Source of the DNA: an uncultured Phycisphaeraceae bacterium
Lineage (GTDB): Bacteria; Planctomycetota; Phycisphaerae; Phycisphaerales; UBA1924
Assembly (NCBI GenBank): GCA_942490855.1
Contig: CALNYS010000002.1
Span: 92,341-156,340 of the forward strand
Length of the DNA stretch: 64,000 nucleotides
Direction: 5' to 3'
Shown here: piece after piece, positions 36,256 to 47,733 of the stretch
Layout of the letters: the number at the start of each line of letters is the position of its first letter
Position numbering within the stretch: position 1 is the stretch's first letter
The notes under the pieces: generated by a model
What the model was told of the DNA's origin: nothing
The model's database searches: none
The model's input: the letters and a program-made list of their open reading frames with translations, nothing else
Program-made: the position numbers and the translations under genes

Positions 36256-37929
36256 ATGTCCGCACGCACGCTCCTGCTGTCGGGCGCTCTATTCACGAGC
36301 GTCCTCGCCTCGTCCGCCTCCGCCGACGTCTTCAACACCGCGACGAAGGCGCCGGTCTGGCAGGGCGAGATGGGCAACGCGCAGATCCGGATGCGGATGG
36401 TCGAGTTCGACAGCTCTGAGATCCTCAACGCGCGCAACGGCGAGGTGACGATCCAGCTCTTTGACGACAGCGTCTTCACCGGCGCGACCGACCTCCTCGA
36501 GCACCGCGACGGCGACAACTTCACGTGGCGCGGGCGCACGGACGACCCTTCCTCTTACGCGATCATCGTGAGCCAGAACGGCGAGACCGCCGGCTTCGTG
36601 CGCGAGGACGGTCGCGTGTTCGAGATCATCCCCAGCGGCAACGGCGTGAGCCGCATCGCTGAGGTTCACGTCGAGGCGCTGATGCCTTGCGGGCTCGACG
36701 CGGCGGAGATCGCCGCGAACCCGCTGATGAACGGCGAGACCATCGACGACCTCATCGCCCGGACGGACAAGGCCGAGGCCGACGCCGCCGCGACCTCCCC
36801 GGAACGCGGCGCCCCGATCCCGACCTTCGACCAGCTCGTGGCGTACACGCCCAACGCGCTCTCGTGGGTGGGCGGTTCTGAGAGCGGCATGTTCGCGTTC
36901 ATCGACGCGGCGATCGCCGACATGAACACGATCCTGAGCAACAGCGCGATCGGCATGACGACCCGCGCCGTCTTCAAGCACCCCCTCGACGAGAACGAGA
37001 CCGGCGAGGGCGCCACGGACCGCAACGCGTTCCGCATCAACGGCGACGGCAAGTGGGACGAGGTGCACGAGCTGCGTGACGACTTCGGCGCCGACCTGTG
37101 CCACATCCTCGTCCGCGACTCGAACGTCTGCGGCATCGCCGCGATGATCTACCGTCGCAGCGCCGGGAGCGACGCCTTCGCGTTCTGCCTCACCGCGATG
37201 AGCTGCGTCTCGAGCCAGACGTTCACCCACGAGGTCGGGCACTGCATCGGCTGCGCCCACGACATCGACAACGCCGGCGGCGTCGGCGGCGCGGGCACGT
37301 TCTCGTACTCCTTCGGGTGGCGCGACCCGATCGACGCCACGTGGCGCACGAACATGTCCTACGCCCCGGGCTCGCGCGTGTCCTACTTCTCGACCCCCGA
37401 CTTCAACCACCCCGACGGCCAGCCCCTGGGCGACCCCGTCTGGGCGAACAACGCCAACACGATCGACCTCAACGTGCCGTTCATCACCGCGTGGCGCGCG
37501 AGCGTCGGCCTCGCGCCGACGGCCATGCAGGCCTCGGTCGACAGCTCCGGCATCGACATCTCCTGGAACCCGGTCGCGCAGGCGGTGAACTACCAGATCT
37601 GGCGCGGCGCTACGGACAACCCCCTCTCGTCCCAGCAGCGCGGCGTCTCCGCTACCACCTCGTGGCTCGACGACAACGTCAACCCCGGGCAGACCTACTA
37701 CTACTTCACCAAGGCGCGCTTCGCCGACGGCGGCCTGAGCCCCTTCAGCGAGGGCATCATGGCCACCGCCGCCGCTGAAGTCGGCGCGGACCTCGACGGC
37801 AGCGGCGTGGTCGATTCGACCGACATCGCCATCATGCTCGCGTCGTGGGGCACCCCCAACGCGGACCTCTCCGGCGACGGCACCACCGACTCGACCGACA
37901 TCGCCATCCTGCTCGCCTCGTGGGGCTAA
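36256..37929 (+). CDS. Secreted metzincin (reprolysin/M12B-like) zinc metalloprotease with C-terminal double dockerin-like module
   Basis: The ATG at 36256 gives the signal peptide MSARTLLLSGALFTSVLASSASA. The zinc motif is HEVGHCIGCAHD (HExxHxxGxxH). An Fn3-like segment follows. The C-terminus is GADLDGSGVVDSTDIAIMLASWGTPNADLSGDGTTDSTDIAILLASWG. Confidence 0.85.
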   Translation: MSARTLLLSGALFTSVLASSASADVFNTATKAPVWQGEMGNAQIRMRMVEFDSSEILNARNGEVTIQLFDDSVFTGATDLLEHRDGDNFTWRGRTDDPSSYAIIVSQNGETAGFVREDGRVFEIIPSGNGVSRIAEVHVEALMPCGLDAAEIAANPLMNGETIDDLIARTDKAEADAAATSPERGAPIPTFDQLVAYTPNALSWVGGSESGMFAFIDAAIADMNTILSNSAIGMTTRAVFKHPLDENETGEGATDRNAFRINGDGKWDEVHELRDDFGADLCHILVRDSNVCGIAAMIYRRSAGSDAFAFCLTAMSCVSSQTFTHEVGHCIGCAHDIDNAGGVGGAGTFSYSFGWRDPIDATWRTNMSYAPGSRVSYFSTPDFNHPDGQPLGDPVWANNANTIDLNVPFITAWRASVGLAPTAMQASVDSSGIDISWNPVAQAVNYQIWRGATDNPLSSQQRGVSATTSWLDDNVNPGQTYYYFTKARFADGGLSPFSEGIMATAAAEVGADLDGSGVVDSTDIAIMLASWGTPNADLSGDGTTDSTDIAILLASWG

Positions 37930-37951
37930 GCCCCCGGACGCCGCGACCGGC

Positions 37952-39007
37952 ATGATCGGACAGCCGCTCAGCGTCGGGCCGCTGCGCCTCGACACCAACG
38001 TCCTCCTGGCGCCCGTCGCGAACTACTGCGATCTGGCGTTCAGGATCGTTGCGCGCGCCTTCGGCGGGGTCGGGTACACCTGCACCGACCTGCTCAGCCC
38101 CCACGGCGTGCTCAAGGGCAACGAGCAGTCGATGGACCTCGCGCGTACCGACCCGCGTGACCAGCCGCTGTGCATGCAGCTCTACGGGCACGACGCGAAG
38201 CTGCTGTCGGACGCGGGCGCGTGGGCGGTCGATCACGGCGCGAGCGTGGTGGACATCAACATGGGCTGCCCCGTGGACAAGGTCGCTAAAAAGAACGGCG
38301 GGTCTCTCCTGCTGCGCGACCCGTGCTCGACCGTCGCGCTCGCCGAGACCGTCCGGCGCGCCGTCGAGCGGGCGTCGGGCGGGCGCGTGCCGCTGACGGC
38401 GAAGGTGCGCCTCGGGTGGGACGACGCCTCGATCGTCGCGCCGGCCCTGGCCCGCGATCTCGAGCGCGCCGGCGTCGCGATGATCACCGTGCACGGGCGC
38501 ACGACCGAGCAGAAGTTCCGCGGCGACGTCCGGCGTGACGGCATCGCCGAGGTCGTCGCCTCTGTGGAGTCGATCCCCGTCCTCGGGAACGGCGATATCA
38601 AAACGCCGGAGGACGCCCTCTCGATGATGCGCGAGACCGGGTGCGCGGGCGTCATGATCGGGCGCGGGGCGTTCTCGCGCCCGTGGCTGATGCGCGACGT
38701 GTGGAACGCGCAGCTCGGGCTCGAGCAGTGCGAGCCGAGCGAGGGCGAGAAGCTCGACATGATCACGCGCTACTTCGAGCTCATGCGCGAATTCCGCGGC
38801 GACCGCTACGCGCTCGCGCACGTGCGCCGGCGCATCTCGTGGTTCTCGAAAACGATGGGCCCGTCCAAGCCGCTCAAGACGCGCTTCAACGACGCGTCGT
38901 GCGTCGAGGACATCTACTCGGCGCTGCGCGAGTTTCGCGACGGTGGGCTGCGCTGGTTCCCCGGCGCCGAGCCGCGCAGCGCACGCGGCGCGCTCGCGTC
39001 CGTTTAA
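37952..39007 (+). CDS. dus: tRNA-dihydrouridine synthase
   Basis: LLAPVANYCDLAFR, VDINMGCPV.KV.K...GS.LL, TVHGRT..Q.F.G: the Dus family pattern. Confidence 0.88.
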   Translation: MIGQPLSVGPLRLDTNVLLAPVANYCDLAFRIVARAFGGVGYTCTDLLSPHGVLKGNEQSMDLARTDPRDQPLCMQLYGHDAKLLSDAGAWAVDHGASVVDINMGCPVDKVAKKNGGSLLLRDPCSTVALAETVRRAVERASGGRVPLTAKVRLGWDDASIVAPALARDLERAGVAMITVHGRTTEQKFRGDVRRDGIAEVVASVESIPVLGNGDIKTPEDALSMMRETGCAGVMIGRGAFSRPWLMRDVWNAQLGLEQCEPSEGEKLDMITRYFELMREFRGDRYALAHVRRRISWFSKTMGPSKPLKTRFNDASCVEDIYSALREFRDGGLRWFPGAEPRSARGALASV

Positions 39008-39276
39008 CCCTCGAGATCCAGGTGTGGACGACGCGCCGGCGCGTTCGTGCCGGCGTGCTCCTCGCGGTCCTCGTGCGCCTCTTCCTGGTCGTTCCCCGCG
39101 ACGCGGCGGGCGGCCTGCGAGAGCTCGGTCTTGGCCGCGGCCTCATCCCCGTAGGGGCGGTCGGTTTCGGGAGAGGGCTCGTGACGCTTGGCGCGGAGTT
39201 TCGCCGCGGCCTGACGGGCCTTCGCCTCGGCCGCGCCGGCGACCGACGACACGATGTTCGCGCCGGGGATCTGCAT
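39004..39276 (-). CDS. Small charged hypothetical protein
   Basis: 90 aa, Ala/Glu/Arg-rich with no TM helix. It converges on and overlaps the dus stop by 4 nt. I recognise no family. Confidence 0.35.
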   Translation of the reverse strand: MQIPGANIVSSVAGAAEAKARQAAAKLRAKRHEPSPETDRPYGDEAAAKTELSQAARRVAGNDQEEAHEDREEHAGTNAPARRPHLDLEG

Positions 39277-39342
39277 AGTCCCGCTATCGACAGCGGGGCC
39301 GCGGAACCTCGAAAGTCTGCGAAAAAGCGGCGTATCCGGACG

Positions 39343-39855
39343 TCAGCCGCCCGTTGCACCCGTCAGGATCCGCCGGGTGTGACGCACCGCCGCCGCGAGC
39401 TCATCCCCCGGGTGGCGCTCGGCTATCTCTATAGCACGATTGCATTTATCGATACTCGACCGCGTCGGCTTGCTGGCGTCGAGCAGGTTGTCCACGGTAT
39501 CGGCCAGCTTGACGAGCTTGGCCCGCCAGTCCGCGGCCTCGATCTGGGCGTCGTACGCCGGCTCCCGCCGGTCTTTCTCGAGGCGCATGTCTTTCGTGAG
39601 CGCGGCGACCCCGTCGGCGACCTCGCGCCCGAAGCCCTCGAGCACGTCGTCGTAGTCGGCGGTGGTGTCCTCGATCACGTCGTGGAGCAGGGCGATCGCG
39701 AGACAGGCCTCGTCGTCGCAGCCGAAGGTGTGGCGGACGGTCATCGCGACGCGGAAGCAGTGGGAAACGTAGGGCGTTTTCCCGTCGCGCCGGCGCTGCC
39801 CCGCGTGCCACCGCGCCGAGGCGGCCGACGCCCGTCTCCAGAGCGCCCCGGTCAT
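39343..39855 (-). CDS. HD-domain (p)ppGpp hydrolase-like protein (small alarmone hydrolase, SpoT/RelA HD family)
   Basis: The ATG at 39855 overlaps the ispF stop (ATGA). WHAGQRRRDGKTPYVSHCFRVA...AIALLHDVIEDT...FGREVADGVAALTKD matches the SpoT hydrolase-domain consensus. Confidence 0.8.
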   Translation of the reverse strand: MTGALWRRASAASARWHAGQRRRDGKTPYVSHCFRVAMTVRHTFGCDDEACLAIALLHDVIEDTTADYDDVLEGFGREVADGVAALTKDMRLEKDRREPAYDAQIEAADWRAKLVKLADTVDNLLDASKPTRSSIDKCNRAIEIAERHPGDELAAAVRHTRRILTGATGG

Positions 39856-40367
39856 GCCCCGTCCTCTTTGACGAGCAGGACGACCGCGTGCGCCTCGATC
39901 GCCTCGCGCCGACCGATCACCCCCACGCCCTCGCCGGTTTTCGCCTTGACGTTCACGCGGTCCGGCGCGACCCCGAGCGCGCCGCTCAGCCGGCGTCGCA
40001 CCTCGTCGCGCGCCGCGCCGAGCTTGGGGCGTTCGAGCAGCACCGTCACGTCCGCGTTGCCCACGCTCCAGCCCCGCCGCGTCGCCTCGGCGACCGCGGC
40101 GCGGAGCAGACCGATCGAGTCGGCGCCCTCGTGGGCCGGGTCGGTGTCGGGGAACATCTGCCCGATGTCGCCGAGCCCGGCGGCGCCCAGCACCGCGTCG
40201 GTCAGGGCGTGGGCCAGGGCGTCCCCGTCGGAGTGGGCGACCGGCCCGAGGTCCGATTCGAGCGTGATCCCCCCCACCACGAGCGGTCGACCGCCCCCGT
40301 GAGGCGCCACAGATTCGAGGCGGTGGCGGTCCCAGCCGTGCCCGACCCGGGTGTCGCTGACCATCAT
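39852..40367 (-). CDS. ispF: 2-C-methyl-D-erythritol 2,4-cyclodiphosphate synthase
   Basis: The ATG at 40367 gives MMVSDTRVGHGWDRHRL. AHSDGDALAHALTDAVLGAAGLGDIGQMFPDTDP and NVKAKT.E..G are IspF signatures. Confidence 0.9.
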   Translation of the reverse strand: MMVSDTRVGHGWDRHRLESVAPHGGGRPLVVGGITLESDLGPVAHSDGDALAHALTDAVLGAAGLGDIGQMFPDTDPAHEGADSIGLLRAAVAEATRRGWSVGNADVTVLLERPKLGAARDEVRRRLSGALGVAPDRVNVKAKTGEGVGVIGRREAIEAHAVVLLVKEDGA

Positions 40368-40492
40368 CCGGTGGGCTCCTGCGCGATCCTGTGGAGTATC
40401 GGCCCCCGCGTGCCGATGTAACCGCCGGGCGAACGCCGCCCACGGCACTATCGTACCGTAGAGCGCCACGCCCCCGCGCAAGGAGACCGACC

Positions 40493-40975
40493 ATGCCCCG
40501 CTTCGCCCGCCCCACTCTCGCCCTCGCCCTCACCGCCAGCCTCGCGGGCTGCGGCTCGGTCTTCAACGCCGGCGGCGACTCGCTGTCGAACGACAACTAC
40601 ACCTACGAGAGCACCACGTGGTCGCCCAAGTCGATCGAGCTCATCGACACCCGCACCGCCGAGACCCTCTGGTCCGTGGACATCCCCGTCGGGCAGAAGG
40701 TCACGATGAAGTTCGAGCGCGAGCACGGCGACCGGGACAACTCGTTCCCCGACCGCATGACCTGGGTCGTCCAGGGCCTCAACTCCGACTCGTGGCGTGG
40801 GCGTCAGAGCATGCTCGTCCCCGGGCCCGGCTCCCGCCTCGTCGAGGTCAGCCTCCGCCCGGCCCCCGAGATGGAGCCGCAGACGGCCGCCTCGCCCGAG
40901 CCCCCGGCCCTCGAGCCCGTGCCCGCCCCCGAGGCGCCCGAGGGTGAGACCGACGCCAACGGCCTCGGCGGCTAA
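40493..40975 (+). CDS. Lipoprotein, function unknown
   Basis: ATG at 40493 preceded by AGGAG. MPRFARPTLALALTASLAGCGS carries an LAGC lipobox. The C-terminal tail is Pro/Glu-rich. Confidence 0.65.
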   Translation: MPRFARPTLALALTASLAGCGSVFNAGGDSLSNDNYTYESTTWSPKSIELIDTRTAETLWSVDIPVGQKVTMKFEREHGDRDNSFPDRMTWVVQGLNSDSWRGRQSMLVPGPGSRLVEVSLRPAPEMEPQTAASPEPPALEPVPAPEAPEGETDANGLGG

Positions 40976-40978
40976 CCC

Positions 40979-43435
<2,457 letters not shown>

Positions 43436-43491
43436 TGCGTTTCTCCTCCGGTAGGTCCGGGGGAGTTATCGGCACAATCTGCGCGGGGGCG

Positions 43492-44178
43492 TCAGTTCGC
43501 CTCGGGGAGGCTCAGTCGCACGGTCACGGGCGTGCCGAGCTCGGGCGTGCGCAGGGGGTCGGCGATCCACACGGGCTCCTCGATCGCCGAGTCGTGGCTG
43601 TAGAGGGCCGGGTAGGCGAGGACCTCGGAGCCGAAGGTCGTCAGCCCGATCAGGACGCCCGTCCCGTCGGCGTCGTACACCTCGCCCGCGCCGCGGTCGA
43701 CGAACCGCGAGCCGGCGAAGACCCACGCCTGGTCCTCGAGATGCCCGTCCCCGTCGTCGCGGGCCACCCACGCCGCGGCCGGCGTCGCGACGCCATCGAC
43801 CACGAACTCGACGATCACCGCGGGACCGTGCGCCGGGAACCCGCGGACGGAGTCGCCGAACTCGCGCCACCCGCCCGGCGCCCCGGGCTCGAGCCCCAGC
43901 GCCAAGAGAGCGGCGTGCACGTGCGCGGGGCGCGCGTCGGTGACGACGAGCGCCTCGTGCTCTTTCGAGTCGCGCGCGCACACCATGACCTCGAGGAACG
44001 CGACCGTGCCGTCGCCGGCGTCGGCCTTGATGGGCACCTCGCCGTCGAACTCGACAGTCCGCGCCTCGGCGTCGAGGCGCACGCCCGGGAACATCTCGAC
44101 GGGATCGGCGGCGCAGGCCGAAACGACAACCGCCGCGATCGTCAAAGCAATCGCGGCGGCGTGGTTGTTCAATTGCAT
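43492..44178 (-). CDS. Secreted hypothetical protein (possibly YdjY-domain-like)
   Basis: Signal/lipoprotein-like N-terminus MQLNNHAAAIALTIAAVVVSAC. The segment EVMVCARDSKEHEALVVTDARPAHVHAALLALGLEPG recalls the YdjY-type domain. This is a recollection and has not been verified. Confidence 0.55.
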   Translation of the reverse strand: MQLNNHAAAIALTIAAVVVSACAADPVEMFPGVRLDAEARTVEFDGEVPIKADAGDGTVAFLEVMVCARDSKEHEALVVTDARPAHVHAALLALGLEPGAPGGWREFGDSVRGFPAHGPAVIVEFVVDGVATPAAAWVARDDGDGHLEDQAWVFAGSRFVDRGAGEVYDADGTGVLIGLTTFGSEVLAYPALYSHDSAIEEPVWIADPLRTPELGTPVTVRLSLPEAN

Positions 44179-44196
44179 CGGGGATCCCCGCAGCGT

Positions 44197-44589
44197 TTAC
44201 CGCTGAACGGTCTTCATGCCCTCGACGTGCTTCATGCCGCGACGGCGGTCGCGGAGACGCGCCCTCTTGCCGGCGCGCTCGCGCAGGAAGTAGAGCTTCG
44301 CGCGACGGACGTCGGCGCGGCGCACGACCTCGATCTTCGCGATGCGCGGGGAGTTGATCGGCATGATGCGCTCGACGCCCTGCCCGTCCACGATGCGGCG
44401 CACAGTGATCATCTCGTTGATGCCCGAGCCCTTGCGGGAGATCAGCGTGCCGGTGAAGACCTGCACGCGCTCCTTCTCGCCCTCGACGATGCGGCAGTGC
44501 ACGTTCACCGTGTCGCCGACGTCCATCCGGGGGAGGTCGGTCTTGAGCACATCTTTGTTCAGGCCGGCGAGAATCTCTTGAGCGCCCAT
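44197..44589 (-). CDS. rplS: 50S ribosomal protein L19
   Basis: The ATG at 44589. DLPRMDVGDTVNVHCRIVEGEKERVQVFTGTLISRKGSGINEMITVRRI..G.GVERI.PINSP.I..IEV. Confidence 0.92.
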   Translation of the reverse strand: MGAQEILAGLNKDVLKTDLPRMDVGDTVNVHCRIVEGEKERVQVFTGTLISRKGSGINEMITVRRIVDGQGVERIMPINSPRIAKIEVVRRADVRRAKLYFLRERAGKRARLRDRRRGMKHVEGMKTVQR

Positions 44590-44682
44590 GGGTTCATCCA
44601 AGCTACGGCCGGTTGGCCGGGAAGGTGTCTGGTGAGCCGCACAGTGTAGCGGATATGGGGGAGGCTTCAAACCCGGGCCGGC

Positions 44683-45231
44683 TCAGTTCCCGCGCAGCCG
44701 GATCTCGTGGCGGAAGCCCCGCCGACCGTCCGCGCCCCGCTCGAGGCGGACGATCACCGTCTCCGCGTCCAGACGACGGCGTTTGGCCGCGGTCAGACGC
44801 GGGTCGCCCTCGAACCAGAACGTCACGTACGTCACCTCGTGCATCGGCGCCGTGACCGTCAGGTGGATGTGCGAGGGGTCGTCCCGCCCCGGGTAGCCCC
44901 CGGGGTAGACGGTCTCAAAGGCGTACCCGCCGGCCTCGTCGGTCACCGCCACTCCGCGCAGGCGGGGGACGCGCGTGCCGCTGGCGGGCGGGGCGTAGTT
45001 CCCTTCGGCGTCGGTCCCGTACGCCACGACCGCCGCGTCGCCCAGCGGGCGCCCGTCCATGTCCAGCACCCGCCCGGAGAACACGATCCGCTCCCCCGGT
45101 TCGTCCGCGGGGCACAGGACGACGGCTTCGGGCGGGGCGGGCGGGGCGGCTACCCCATCAGCCGCCAGCAGGATCACCACGGCCCCCCCCGCCGCGCTGA
45201 GCACACAGAAGAGCCCTCTGGTCGGCTTCAT
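44683..45231 (-). CDS. Secreted intradiol-dioxygenase-like (protocatechuate dioxygenase beta-fold) protein
   Basis: Signal peptide MKPTRGLFCVLSAAGGAVVILLAA. VTDEAGGYAFETVYPGGYPGRDDPSHIHLTV matches the dioxygenase C-terminal-domain pattern. The start overlaps the trmD stop (ATGA). Confidence 0.7.
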   Translation of the reverse strand: MKPTRGLFCVLSAAGGAVVILLAADGVAAPPAPPEAVVLCPADEPGERIVFSGRVLDMDGRPLGDAAVVAYGTDAEGNYAPPASGTRVPRLRGVAVTDEAGGYAFETVYPGGYPGRDDPSHIHLTVTAPMHEVTYVTFWFEGDPRLTAAKRRRLDAETVIVRLERGADGRRGFRHEIRLRGN

Positions 45232-45947
45232 GCTTCGTCCTCCGCGCCGCCCGAGAGGAGGTCCGGGCGTCGGTCCCGGGTCCGCGCGGCGGCCTGCTCG
45301 GCCCGCCAGCGGTCCACAGCCCCATGGTCGCCCGAGAAGAGGACTTCAGGCGCCTCCATCCCCTCCCACTCCCGCGGGCGGGTGTAGTGCGGGCAGTCGA
45401 GCAGGCGCCCGGCGCCCGAGAAGCTGTCCTGGGCGGCCGAATCGTCGTGCCCGAGGGCGCCGGGCAGCAGGCGGACCACCGCATCGGCCAGGAGCATCGC
45501 GGGGATCTCGCCCCCCGAGAGGACGTAGTCGCCCACGCTGATCTCCCGCGGGGCCAGACGCTCGATGACCCGCTCGTCGATGCCCTCGTAGTGCCCGGCG
45601 AGGATGAGCAGGCGCGGCGTGGCGGCGAGTTCTTCGACGATCCCCTGCGTGAGCGGCTCGCCCTGGGGCGTCATGTAGACGCGGGTCGTGGGGCGGGGGT
45701 CCATCGCCTCGACGGCGCACGCGGCGTCCCAGACGGGCTGGCAGGTCATGACCATGCCGGGGCCGCCGCCGAAGGGGCGGTCGTCCACGCGCCCGTGCTT
45801 GTCGGTGGTGTAGTCGCGGATGTTGTGCGCGTGCCACTCGCAGAGGCCCGCGGCGCGCGCACGCCCGCTGATGCTCGCGCCCAGAACGGGTTCGAACACC
45901 TCGGGAAAGATCGTCAAAAAGTCGATCCGGAGCGGCGGGGCGCTCAC
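45228..45947 (-). CDS. trmD: tRNA (guanine37-N1)-methyltransferase
   Basis: GTG start. IDFLTIFPEVF, DDRPFGGGPGMVM, LILAGHYEGIDERV, SVGDYVLSGGE. Confidence 0.92.
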   Translation of the reverse strand: MSAPPLRIDFLTIFPEVFEPVLGASISGRARAAGLCEWHAHNIRDYTTDKHGRVDDRPFGGGPGMVMTCQPVWDAACAVEAMDPRPTTRVYMTPQGEPLTQGIVEELAATPRLLILAGHYEGIDERVIERLAPREISVGDYVLSGGEIPAMLLADAVVRLLPGALGHDDSAAQDSFSGAGRLLDCPHYTRPREWEGMEAPEVLFSGDHGAVDRWRAEQAAARTRDRRPDLLSGGAEDEA

Positions 45948-45953
45948 AGGGGA

Positions 45954-46430
45954 TTACTCGGAGGCTTCGGCGTCGCCCTCGGCGGGGGCGGCAGCGGCCG
46001 CGGCGGCTTCTTCAGCAGCCTTGGCTTCCGCAGCGGCCTTGGCCTCGGCGTCCGCCTTGGCTTTCGCCTCGGCCTCGGCCTTGGCGGCGGCTTCCTCGGC
46101 GGCCTTCGCGGCCGCGGCGTCCGCCTTCATCTTTTCCATTTTCTTGCCGAAACGCTTCTCGTGCTTGGCCTTGAGTTCCTCGGCGTTGAGGATCCCGGCC
46201 TTGGCGAGCAGGCTCGCGCACGTATCAGAGGGCTGCGCGCCCACGTCCAGCCAGTGACGGATGCGGTCTTCCTTGAGGGAGACCTGCTTCGCCTCATCGG
46301 ACTCGATCGGGTTGTACCACCCGAGGTTCTCGAGGATCTTGCCGTCACGCTGGTTGCGCTTCTCGATCGCGTTGATGCGGTAGAAGGGACGGTGCGTGCG
46401 GCCCATGCGGCTGAGGCGGATGCGAACCAT
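45954..46430 (-). CDS. rpsP: 30S ribosomal protein S16 with an Ala/Glu/Lys-rich C-terminal extension
   Basis: MVRIRLSRMGRTHRPFYRINAIEKRNQRDGKILENLGWYNP, followed by a low-complexity tail of about 70 aa (AAAKAAEEAAAKAEAEAKAKADAEAK..). Confidence 0.92.
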   Translation of the reverse strand: MVRIRLSRMGRTHRPFYRINAIEKRNQRDGKILENLGWYNPIESDEAKQVSLKEDRIRHWLDVGAQPSDTCASLLAKAGILNAEELKAKHEKRFGKKMEKMKADAAAAKAAEEAAAKAEAEAKAKADAEAKAAAEAKAAEEAAAAAAAPAEGDAEASE

Positions 46431-46555
46431 GCGTACGGAGCTCCGTGCGGGGTCGTTTCAGTCGGCGATACAGACGGGAACCGGCCCCCCACCAATCAGC
46501 GGGCCGGTGCGAACCGGGAATGATAGCCGAACACGGGCGGGCTGCAAGCCGTGAC

Positions 46556-47359
46556 TCAGGGCAGCAGACCCGCCGTCAGGTCGCTCACCTGCCAGGTCAG
46601 CCACGACCCGACCTCCCAGATCACCCCCCCGCCGGACATGAAGATCACCAGGATCGCCACCAGGGCGATCCCAGTCGCGTGGGGCCCCTCGGCGAGGCGG
46701 CGGTACGCCCCGGAGAACGACGCGAGGATCCGCGACCCGTCCAGCGGCGGGATCGGGAGCAGGTTCAGCACCAGCAGGACCGCGTTGAGCATCGCCCCCG
46801 TGAAAAAGAAGCTGTGGAAGCGTGACGCGACCGGGACCACGGATTCCGTGATCTCCGCCTCTTTCTTCGCCAGCTCCATGAAATGGGCGACCAGCTCCTG
46901 CTCGCCGAGCTCGTCGTACCGCTCGGCAAGATCCGCGGAACTCGCGGCGTAATGCTCAGCCATCGCGTCCGCGACGCGGTCCCCGATCGCGTACTTCGTG
47001 ATCGCGCTGGCGGTGAGCACGCACACGATCAGGAGCCCGATGTTCACCGCCGGGCCGGCCGCCGCGACCAGGGCGTCCGCGTGCTTCCCGCGGAACCGGT
47101 AGGGGTTCACGGGCATCGCGCCCCACGCGATCCCGACGACCGCGAAGACGATCAGGCTCGTCGGCCCCATGTGCACCAGCGGGTTGAGGGTCATGCGGTT
47201 GAGGCGGATGGGCGTGTCGTCGCCGACGCGGATCGCCGCAACCCCATGCCCCAGCTCGTGAAGCGTGATCGAGAGGATCACCCAGAACGCCCACGAAACG
47301 AGCGCCCACGCGCCGCCGTCGCTGTGCAAGAGGTCCGCTACCCACCAGCCGCTGGTCAT
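46556..47359 (-). CDS. Site-2 protease family (peptidase M50) membrane metalloprotease
   Basis: HELGHGVAA (HExxH) in a TM helix, and the downstream motif NLLPIPPLDGSRIL. Confidence 0.85.
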   Translation of the reverse strand: MTSGWWVADLLHSDGGAWALVSWAFWVILSITLHELGHGVAAIRVGDDTPIRLNRMTLNPLVHMGPTSLIVFAVVGIAWGAMPVNPYRFRGKHADALVAAAGPAVNIGLLIVCVLTASAITKYAIGDRVADAMAEHYAASSADLAERYDELGEQELVAHFMELAKKEAEITESVVPVASRFHSFFFTGAMLNAVLLVLNLLPIPPLDGSRILASFSGAYRRLAEGPHATGIALVAILVIFMSGGGVIWEVGSWLTWQVSDLTAGLLP

Positions 47360-47400
47360 CGATCGCCCTTCCTCGTCGCCAAGGCGCGTATCCTACAGGT

Positions 47401-47733
47401 ATGTACGCCACGCATTACGCCGTTGTCGCCACCTGCCCTACGGGCGCCGTCGCAGCCCAGTACCTCGAATGGCTCATCGACGAGGGGCACCTGCAGGCGG
47501 TCCGGGACGCCGGAGCGCTCACCGCGGAAGCCGTGCGACTCGACCCCCCGCCCAACGCCCCGCCAACGCCGATCCGCGTGCTGAGCCTGTACACGTTCGC
47601 GGGCCGCAACGAGTTCGATCAGTACGAACGCGACCACGCCCCGCGCCTGCGCGCCGAGGGCGCCGAGAAGTTCGGCAAATCGGGCATCACGTTCACGCGT
47701 GAAACGGGCGAGGTGATCGCCCAGCTCAGGTGA
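47401..47733 (+). CDS. Small conserved hypothetical protein (DUF4286-like)
   Basis: 110 aa (YLEWLIDEGHLQAV...YTFAGRNEFDQYERDHAPRLRAEG). The family assignment is tentative. The 3' end overlaps the convergent yraN reading frame by 8 nt. Confidence 0.6.
   Translation: MYATHYAVVATCPTGAVAAQYLEWLIDEGHLQAVRDAGALTAEAVRLDPPPNAPPTPIRVLSLYTFAGRNEFDQYERDHAPRLRAEGAEKFGKSGITFTRETGEVIAQLR

Noticed and set aside
39004-39276. The small charged protein as an anti-sigma-28 factor (FlgM-like) or other regulator.
   Set aside because: I can point to no motif, only composition and size. It is kept as a low-confidence hypothetical CDS.
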